DNA of 15,789 nucleotides from assembly GCA_048939565.1 (NCBI GenBank), contig JBHLPJ010000015.1:1-15789 (forward strand). Direction: 5' to 3'. This document shows positions 1 through 4,292 of the stretch, piece after piece. The translations under genes and the position numbers were made by a program. The notes under the pieces were generated by a model. It saw only the letters and a program-made list of their open reading frames with translations. It did not search any database and was not told the DNA's origin. Position 1 is the stretch's first letter, and the number at the start of each line of letters is the position of its first letter. Origin of the DNA: Promethearchaeota archaeon (GTDB lineage: Archaea > Asgardarchaeota > Odinarchaeia > Odinarchaeales > JBHLKK01).

Positions 1-88
1 TTATTCTTCTATAGTTGTGATTGCCGATTCTAAGTTCTCCCATCTTATCGATTTTTAGGTGCGGATATTTGGAAAGTAGGAACAAAGG

Positions 89-961
89 TCATCCTTCCTC
101 TACCAAAACGTCTAGGACAGCATGATAAACATTTGGTGCAAAGGTCTTGACAAACTTCCAATTTCTCAGTTTAGCTATTTTGCCAAAATCTAAGGCCACA
201 TCCTCTATTTCCTCCAATAGAACAGTAGGTGGATCTGTCTTATGCATTAATCCCTCGTAGTGAATGATTGTGCCATTGGGTTTTGTGATATTCATTGCGG
301 CGGGAAGATAATCCCGTGGACTGGGTAAATACCCCATGAGTATTCTGTCTGCTGTGGTTGCCAATTTCGGTGCCTCAATAGAGCAGTCACCCAAAATCGG
401 ATGGATTTTTTCATTAACCTTGTTCAAAAGAATGTTCTCACACAGATACTTGTATGAGATGGGATTTAGTTCTATTGCATGGATGGCTTTAGGATTAGCG
501 TGCCGCGAAATTATTATGGAGAAGTATCCAATCCCTGCAAACATGTCAACAATTACTTCACCATCTCTGACAAGATCAGCAAGTCTTCTTCTTTCACTGA
601 TGTTGCCTTTGGCAAACATGATTCTCTTGACGTCCAGTTTAAAAAGGCAATCATGTTCTCTGTGTATAGTCTCAGTATTCTTGTCCCCTGCTACTACCTC
701 CAGATTAGGAGTACGATGTTTTCCTGAAATGCCTCCGATCTTAACACATACGCTTCTACACTTTGGAACTGTACTCAATAGATTGCTTCCAATTGATTGC
801 CTAAATGGTAGGAGTTCTTTATGGATATTAACTATAATGATGTCACCAATTCTTTGAAAGCCTCGTGGGAGTAGTTCAAGTAGGTTTTCGTTGAGTTCCC
901 CTTCTAAGCCAGTTCTAAGTTTGTCATAGAATCCTCCCAAATTGCATCCCACATCAAACAT
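89..961 (-). CDS. Trm5/Taw2 (TYW2)-family SAM-dependent tRNA modification enzyme
   Basis: The ORF track gives 89..967 from a GTG. The first ATG is at 961 (third codon). Class-I methyltransferase motif VIVDMFAGIGYFSI, N-terminal LPRGFQRIGDIIIV element and C-terminal ADRILMGYLP motif are typical of archaeal Trm5/Taw2. The size (about 290 aa) fits Taw2 better than Trm5b. Confidence 0.85.
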   Translation of the reverse strand: MFDVGCNLGGFYDKLRTGLEGELNENLLELLPRGFQRIGDIIIVNIHKELLPFRQSIGSNLLSTVPKCRSVCVKIGGISGKHRTPNLEVVAGDKNTETIHREHDCLFKLDVKRIMFAKGNISERRRLADLVRDGEVIVDMFAGIGYFSIIISRHANPKAIHAIELNPISYKYLCENILLNKVNEKIHPILGDCSIEAPKLATTADRILMGYLPSPRDYLPAAMNITKPNGTIIHYEGLMHKTDPPTVLLEEIEDVALDFGKIAKLRNWKFVKTFAPNVYHAVLDVLVEEG

Positions 962-979
962 AATCACATTATGTTCAAG

Positions 980-1273
980 AAAAGAGTGGGTCAGGTGTAC
1001 CCCACAAACTAACGCTCAACCTCCTAGACGGGGCAGTATGCCCTTCTCAGTTGAGTTCTCTCATAGTGGGGCCTTACCCTGACATGAAGCCGATGTACCG
1101 CACGTGGGTTTGCCCCCACTCATCCAATGACGATAAGCCAACTGTCGTGTAAGAGTCCTTTCAGTGCGGGCATTATACGGCTTCCAGCTCTGGTGTCACC
1201 ATCCTTTTGCTCCAACCCTCATCGGAAGATCTCGGGTCAGTCCTCGATGGAAGGCAGCTATTCCTTCATTGCC
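980..1273 (-). ncRNA. Structured ncRNA of about 290 nt, tentatively an RNase P RNA with rearranged (circularly permuted) domain order
   Basis: GC-rich island with no ORF in an AT-rich genome. On the minus strand, a TTTTTATC TATA box (1295-1302) sits about 26 nt upstream of G1272/G1273, and a CUCUUUUCUU run (977-986) follows the last helix. Nested helices: 1164-1169/1098-1103 (CCGCAC/GUGCGG) and 1178-1184/1086-1092 (GAAGCCG/CGGCUUC). Several local hairpins. Minus-strand 1131-1150 reads ACACGACAGUUGGCUUAUCG, close to the RNase P CR-V consensus (E. coli CACGACAGAACCCGGCUUAUCG). Strand and family are not certain. Confidence 0.5.
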
Positions 1274-1294
1274 AAGTAAGAGTGTGAGTAGGAA

Positions 1295-1302
1295 GATAAA
1301 AA
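1295..1302 (-). promoter_or_regulatory. TATA box (TTTTTATC on the minus strand) for the structured ncRNA
   Basis: AT-rich octamer centred about 26 nt upstream of the first G of the GC-rich RNA. The same octamer precedes the aminopeptidase gene at 11834-11841. Confidence 0.5.
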
Positions 1303-1492
1303 TGTATCTTTGCAGGGATTTTTGCTAAGAATACAAAGACGGCCCATTATTCCATTTCTCAAGCTTAATTGTTTCAATCAGCCAATAATACCCGAAAAGT
1401 TTATTAAAGCTAATTTTTGCTATCTGTTGGAGGAAATTTTAATAAGGGGATTTCTTCTCCTTATCGTGTTAATATGTTCGAGGTTGAAAATA

Positions 1493-2611
1493 ATGCAGTT
1501 TGGTAACGATCTGTTATCTACAATCCTGTATATGGTATTTATAGGTGTAATCTTCGTGCAGATGCTGTTTGGACAACGGATCCAGATGTGGGGATATATA
1601 AAGCAAATTGAAGCTGCAGTGCGGAAACTGGAAATCATGGCATTGAGCGGCAGAGAGATAACTGTGAATACAGTAAAAGAAGTCGGTAAGTCACCCAAAG
1701 ATCCAGCATCTAGGATATCAGAGTTTTTGGAGTTCTTTACGATTGAGCCTGTTGCCAAAGATCCTGCCGGAGTTCTAAAGAGACTCGAACATCTCATAAA
1801 TGTCAGAAAGAACCAGTTTGAAGATCTGGTTTTAAGGATAGCGCCTGAGGCAAATGTTGCTGAATCTCTAAATCTAGAAAACCTAATTGAAGCAGCCATA
1901 GCTGTAAATTATATCTTCCGAGTAGTTCGTCACTATCTGCTACTCGGGAAAAAACAGAAAAGCTTACTTCTTATCATGCAGATCCAGATGCAACTCCCAG
2001 AGATCATGAGAATTGCGAATGCTTACTTTAACGCACTAAAGGCATTTTCCTTAGGTAAGCCAATCGGAGACGGAATAGGGGCACTTGTTGTAGCCAGCAT
2101 AGTGGATGAAAACAGAAAATCAGCTGGGTTCGAAGAGATTCCTGATATTGCCAAGAATACAGGGGCATACAAGATGGATTTTGAAGGACGAACATTATTC
2201 CTGATTAAGGCCACAGGTCCTGGTGGGAGCGTTGGAAAGCCTGGCGAGGCGATAAAACTCATCACCGAGCAACAGAAAGGCAAAATAGCGAGAATAATAA
2301 CGATAGATGCAGCACTGAAACTCGAAGGAGATAAGAGCGGAGAACTCGCAGAAGGTGTAGGAGCAGCAATAGGCGGTTTTGGTGTTGAAAAGTTCAAGAT
2401 GGAAGACACAGGTCTTTTGCATAAGATACCGCTAGATGCGCTAATAATTAAGGAGGCCATTGAAGAAGCAGTTACACCCTTGAAAAAGGAAATTGCGGAA
2501 TCTGCTGAAAAAGTTGTAGAACGAGTCAAGAGAATTATTCGTGAAAGAACAAAACCAAATGACGTTCTGATAATTGCAGGAATAGGAAACACAATGGGAG
2601 TTGGATTCTGA
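1493..2611 (+). CDS. DUF1512-like archaeal membrane-anchored protein of unknown function
   Basis: The ORF track starts at a TTG at 1310. The first in-frame ATG is at 1493, preceded by GAGGT (1480-1484), giving 372 aa with an N-terminal TM helix (LLSTILYMVFIGVIFVQMLF). The family is assigned from memory of DUF1512 size and architecture and is unverified. Confidence 0.8.
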   Translation: MQFGNDLLSTILYMVFIGVIFVQMLFGQRIQMWGYIKQIEAAVRKLEIMALSGREITVNTVKEVGKSPKDPASRISEFLEFFTIEPVAKDPAGVLKRLEHLINVRKNQFEDLVLRIAPEANVAESLNLENLIEAAIAVNYIFRVVRHYLLLGKKQKSLLLIMQIQMQLPEIMRIANAYFNALKAFSLGKPIGDGIGALVVASIVDENRKSAGFEEIPDIAKNTGAYKMDFEGRTLFLIKATGPGGSVGKPGEAIKLITEQQKGKIARIITIDAALKLEGDKSGELAEGVGAAIGGFGVEKFKMEDTGLLHKIPLDALIIKEAIEEAVTPLKKEIAESAEKVVERVKRIIRERTKPNDVLIIAGIGNTMGVGF

Positions 2612-2612
2612 A

Positions 2613-2990
2613 ATGTCTGAAGAGCAAAAAGGATCTAGATCATCAAGGTTGATCATAATAGCAATATCCGTTGTCATGCTAGCTGCTGGAGGCTTCTTGA
2701 TTTATTGGGGAATCACGCAGGGCGGAGATTTCTTGATGATAATGCTGGGATTAATACTGATGTCATTTGTTTTCTCCTTCCTGAATGTCGGTGGTAGGAC
2801 TGCCTATCCGGCAAGAGCTGATCATCAAACACTGTCAATAATAAAATGTCGGGCATGTGATTTCACTGAAATTAGAGATTTTGAGAGAGGAGACTACATA
2901 TTCAAGGAAGTTGGAGATTGCAGAGAGTGTCAGGGCAAAGCCTTCATCAAGACAATATATACTGTGCCACTTAGGAAAGAGAAAGAATAG
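2613..2990 (+). CDS. Small membrane protein with a C-terminal CxxC...CxxC zinc ribbon
   Basis: The ATG at 2613 lies 1 nt after the TGA (2609-2611) of the upstream gene. Two predicted TM helices (LIIIAISVVMLAAGGFLIYWGI, FLMIMLGLILMSFVFSFL) are followed by CRAC...CREC. Confidence 0.7.
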   Translation: MSEEQKGSRSSRLIIIAISVVMLAAGGFLIYWGITQGGDFLMIMLGLILMSFVFSFLNVGGRTAYPARADHQTLSIIKCRACDFTEIRDFERGDYIFKEVGDCRECQGKAFIKTIYTVPLRKEKE

Positions 2991-3115
2991 CTCTTCTCAT
3001 TCCTAATCTTTGTTTGACATATAACCTGCATAACTTGGATCTGAGATTTTGTCAGGAAGACTCGCGGAGGCGGGTGAAATCCAAATAAACTAGACTGAGA
3101 CTATAGACTTCATCC

Positions 3116-3123
3116 TTAAATAT
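3116..3123 (+). promoter_or_regulatory. TATA box (TTAAATAT) upstream of the PPAT gene, inside a tandem AAATATCC repeat
   Basis: It is centred about 27-30 nt upstream of the TTG at 3150. AAATATCC-GG-AAATATCC spans 3118-3135. Confidence 0.4.
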
Positions 3124-3149
3124 CCGGAAATATCCTGGTTCATCGGAAT

Positions 3150-3674
3150 TTGTACAGATCATTAAGGGCAGTGGTCTTTTTGGGAGACCGTAACAAAAGC
3201 AAATTTAACTGTGTAGGTTTTGCAGGCACATTTGATCGTTTCCATGCAGGACATAAAACCGCACTTCTGAAAGCGCTTGAACTAGGCAAAAAGGTGATTC
3301 TAGGTCTAACAACTGAAGAATTGCTGAAGGGAAAGGCTGAAAAAGATAGAATCCTGCCATTCGAGACTAGAAAGGCAGAGATAAAGAGATTCTTGGAAGA
3401 AGAAGGAGTTGCTGATAGGGTTCGAATAATCCCTCTCAAGGATCCATATGGACCTGCAACATCTAGTAAGGAAATCGAAGCTATAGTGGCTACTAAAGAA
3501 AGCTACGCACGCGTGGAGGAAATCAATCGGATAAGGATTCTGAGGAAACTAGCACCTGTTAAGATTGTTCTGGTCCCTTTGGCTGTCGCCGAGAATGAGA
3601 AACCGATCTCCTCCTCGAGAATAAGAAAGGGTGAGATCGATTCAGAAGGACGCTTGGCAATCCGAAAGAAATAG
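3150..3674 (+). CDS. coaD: Phosphopantetheine adenylyltransferase (archaeal PPAT, cytidylyltransferase superfamily)
   Basis: GFAGTFDRFHAGH (a GxFDxxHxGH nucleotidyltransferase motif), a C-terminal ISSSRIRKGEID motif, about 170 aa. No ATG precedes the motif. Start candidates are TTG 3150 or GTG 3171. Confidence 0.8.
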   Translation: MYRSLRAVVFLGDRNKSKFNCVGFAGTFDRFHAGHKTALLKALELGKKVILGLTTEELLKGKAEKDRILPFETRKAEIKRFLEEEGVADRVRIIPLKDPYGPATSSKEIEAIVATKESYARVEEINRIRILRKLAPVKIVLVPLAVAENEKPISSSRIRKGEIDSEGRLAIRKK

Positions 3675-3684
3675 GGTAAGATTT

Positions 3685-3700
3685 GCAAAATTCTTATATA
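3685..3700 (+). promoter_or_regulatory. BRE/TATA promoter (GCAAAA-TTC-TTATATA) of the permuted 5S gene
   Basis: The TATA box at 3694-3700 is centred about 26 nt upstream of 3724, where the leader-trailer helix begins. Confidence 0.6.
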
Positions 3701-3723
3701 GTGTTTAGAGTTTTTAGATTCCT

Positions 3724-3875
3724 TGTGTGACATCGCGTGAAAGTTAAGCTCTCGTGCGATCTTACCTGTACTGCGGTGCGCGAGCCCGTGGGAAAGTAAG
3801 ATGCTGCTGGTTCGCCAGCGGCCATAGGCGGGAGGAAACACCCGTACCCATTAGAACACGGAACGGTGTCACACA
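3724..3875 (+). other. Bulge-helix-bulge processing stem enclosing the 5S rRNA
   Basis: Outer helix 3724-3735/3864-3875 (12 bp, one G-U). Central 4-bp helix 3736-3739 (CGUG)/3857-3860 (CACG). Three-nt bulges AAA (3740-3742) and GAA (3861-3863), each 3' of the central helix, as in tRNA-intron BHB motifs. The inner helix is weak. Confidence 0.75.
3742..3862 (+). rRNA. 5S rRNA, circularly permuted gene (3' half 3742-3810, UUCG cap 3811-3814, 5' half 3815-3862)
   Basis: 3815-3862 is CCAGCGGCCAUAGGCGGGAGGAAACACCCGUACCCAUUAGAACACGGA, the canonical 5S 5' part. 3742-3810 is AGUUAAGCUCUCGUGCGAUCUUACCUGUACUGCGGUGCGCGAGCCCGUGGGAAAGUAAGAUGCUGCUGG, the canonical 3' part. Helices: I 3815-3822/3803-3810, II 3828-3834/3749-3755, III 3842-3845/3858-3861, V 3759-3765/3796-3802. 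Confidence 0.85.
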
Positions 3876-3984
3876 CTCTTCTAGAAAGACAATCCCCTCT
3901 TCTTCTTTATGTCAATTCTCATAGTGAATTACAGCCTTTATTGGAGAGCAGACATAATCTTGAAGTTTGTGTCTACCGATACAA

Positions 3985-3992
3985 TTTTATAT
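3985..3992 (+). promoter_or_regulatory. TATA box (TTTTATAT) of tRNA-Trp
   Basis: It is centred about 27 nt upstream of G4017, the first acceptor nucleotide. Confidence 0.55.
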
Positions 3993-4054
3993 TTCAAGAT
4001 TTTACAAGTCCTTGAAGGGGTCGTGGTCTAACCAGGTAGGACGACGGGCTCCAG

Positions 4055-4120
4055 ATGTCCTAGGCAATGGACTTGCTGACAAGCGGATGAAGAGCCTCTG
4101 GAGCGGTCCACTCCGAAGAA
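4055..4120 (+). other. tRNA-Trp intron 1 (canonical position 37/38, 66 nt)
   Basis: Relaxed BHB. The anticodon stem is the outer helix. The central helix 4049-4052 (CUCC)/4115-4118 (GAAG) has one C-A mismatch. Bulges are AGA (4053-4055) and AAA (4119-4121). The boundary is ambiguous by 1 nt because 4055 and 4121 are both A. Confidence 0.75.
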
Positions 4121-4129
4121 ACCCGTTGG

Positions 4130-4159
4130 ATTAACAGACGTGCTGTCTGTTAAGACGAA
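4130..4159 (+). other. tRNA-Trp intron 2 (variable loop, position 46/47, 30 nt)
   Basis: Central helix 4124-4127 (CGUU)/4154-4157 (GACG). The 5' bulge is GGA (4128-4130). The inner helix is a perfect 9-bp hairpin 4131-4139/4145-4153. The 3' bulge is AAU (4158-4160). Splicing leaves the variable loop UGGUU. The outer helix is weak. Confidence 0.65.
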
Positions 4160-4172
4160 TTGTGGGTTCAAA

Positions 4173-4197
4173 ACCAAGATAAGAAACTTGGAGAAAA
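4173..4197 (+). other. tRNA-Trp intron 3 (T loop, position 59/60, 25 nt)
   Basis: The T stem is the outer helix. The central helix 4167-4170 (UUCA)/4192-4195 (AGAA) has 3 of 4 pairs. Bulges are AAA (4171-4173) and AAU (4196-4198). The inner helix is CCAAG/CUUGG (4174-4178/4187-4191). Splicing restores the T loop UUCAAAU. Confidence 0.75.
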
Positions 4198-4219
4198 TCC
4201 CACCGACCCCACCAAATTG

Positions 4220-4225
4220 TTTTTT
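4220..4225 (+). terminator. T6 run terminating the tRNA-Trp transcript
   Basis: TTTTTT lies 6 nt after the encoded CCA. Oligo-T is the usual archaeal termination signal. Confidence 0.55.
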
Positions 4226-4292
4226 AATGGACACGTTCTAAGTTATTATCCTTCCAAAGAAATGTAGAAGGCAAAATCCAAGAGGGATCAGA

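Larger units (their letters stand above)
4017..4214 (+). tRNA. tRNA-Trp (anticodon CCA) with three introns and a genomically encoded CCA
   Basis: Acceptor 4017-4023/4204-4210. D stem 4026-4029/4039-4042. Anticodon stem 4044-4048/4122-4126. Anticodon loop CUCCAG(A), anticodon at 4051-4053. T stem 4162-4166/4199-4203. T loop UUCAAA+U. Discriminator A4211, CCA 4212-4214. 198 nt minus 121 nt of introns gives 77 nt. Confidence 0.9.

Noticed and set aside
1-43. Possible start of another minus-strand gene (ATG at 43-41, MGELRIGNHNYRRI...) running off the window
   Set aside because: Only 14 codons are visible. That is too short to support a call, although the 45-nt spacing after the Trm5/Taw2 stop is compatible with an operon partner.
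336-857. Plus-strand ORFs 336..857 and 479..727, and the many 60-190 aa antisense ORFs inside the aconitase, ACL, IDH, aminopeptidase, DUF1512 and permease genes
   Set aside because: Each is embedded antisense or out of frame within a longer ORF that has clear family motifs. Their sequences are low-complexity Ser/Leu/Pro-rich and carry no recognisable motifs.
1221-1273. Plus-strand SRP RNA helix 8-like sequence (GGUCAGUCCUCGAUGGAAGGCAGC versus 4.5S GGUCAGGUCCGGAAGGAAGCAGCC)
   Set aside because: The apical loop would be a UCGAU pentaloop rather than the obligatory GNAR tetraloop. The symmetric loop would be 3 x 5 instead of 4 x 4. Promoter and terminator signals favour the minus strand. No Alu-domain or helix 6 motifs were recognised. 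An SRP assignment still needs a covariance-model check.
977-1284. Direct repeat AAGAGTG (982-988 and 1278-1284) flanking the structured RNA, considered as target-site duplication or a remnant of the tandem duplication that could create a permuted gene
   Set aside because: It is only 7 nt and was noticed post hoc. No other mobile-element hallmarks are present (no inverted repeats, integrase or transposase). It is noted only as a detail to revisit if the permutation hypothesis is confirmed.
1310-1492. 61-codon N-terminal extension of the DUF1512-like ORF from a TTG at 1310
   Set aside because: It would begin inside or next to the ncRNA promoter region and upstream of a TATA-like box at 1400-1407. 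The ATG at 1493 has a GAGGT Shine-Dalgarno sequence and yields the expected size with an N-terminal TM helix.
3035-3084. Hammerhead ribozyme
   Set aside because: It is a three-way junction with CUGA and GAA(A) next to the closing stem. However, the CUGANGA core is not located between stems I and II, where only GAAG is found, and CUGA is itself base-paired. The catalytic core is therefore absent.
3503-3876. Minus-strand ORFs 3503..3841 (112 aa) and 3694..3876 (60 aa)
   Set aside because: They run antisense through the PPAT 3' end and the 5S rRNA gene. Their composition (Arg/Ser/Gly-rich) reflects the GC-rich RNA sequence, and the region is fully explained by the 5S gene and its promoter.
4055-4120. 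Canonical box C/D sRNA inside tRNA-Trp intron 1
   Set aside because: There is no RUGAUGA near the 5' end of the intron. The only CUGA is a hairpin loop. The guide-to-box spacing rule (target paired to the fifth nt upstream of D/D') is not met for C34. Only the antisense element is reported as a finding.
4131-4153. Perfect 9-bp hairpin read as a long variable arm (class II or unusual tRNA)
   Set aside because: The 7-bp acceptor, 5-bp T stem and CCA anticodon indicate a class I tRNA-Trp. The flanks (UGG... and ...AAUU) form a BHB with a 4-bp central helix and 3-nt bulges, so an intron at 46/47 explains it better.
4028-4234. Minus-strand ORF of 68 aa
   Set aside because: It lies entirely antisense to the tRNA-Trp gene and its introns. 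It has no start context and is an artefact of the stop-poor RNA sequence.
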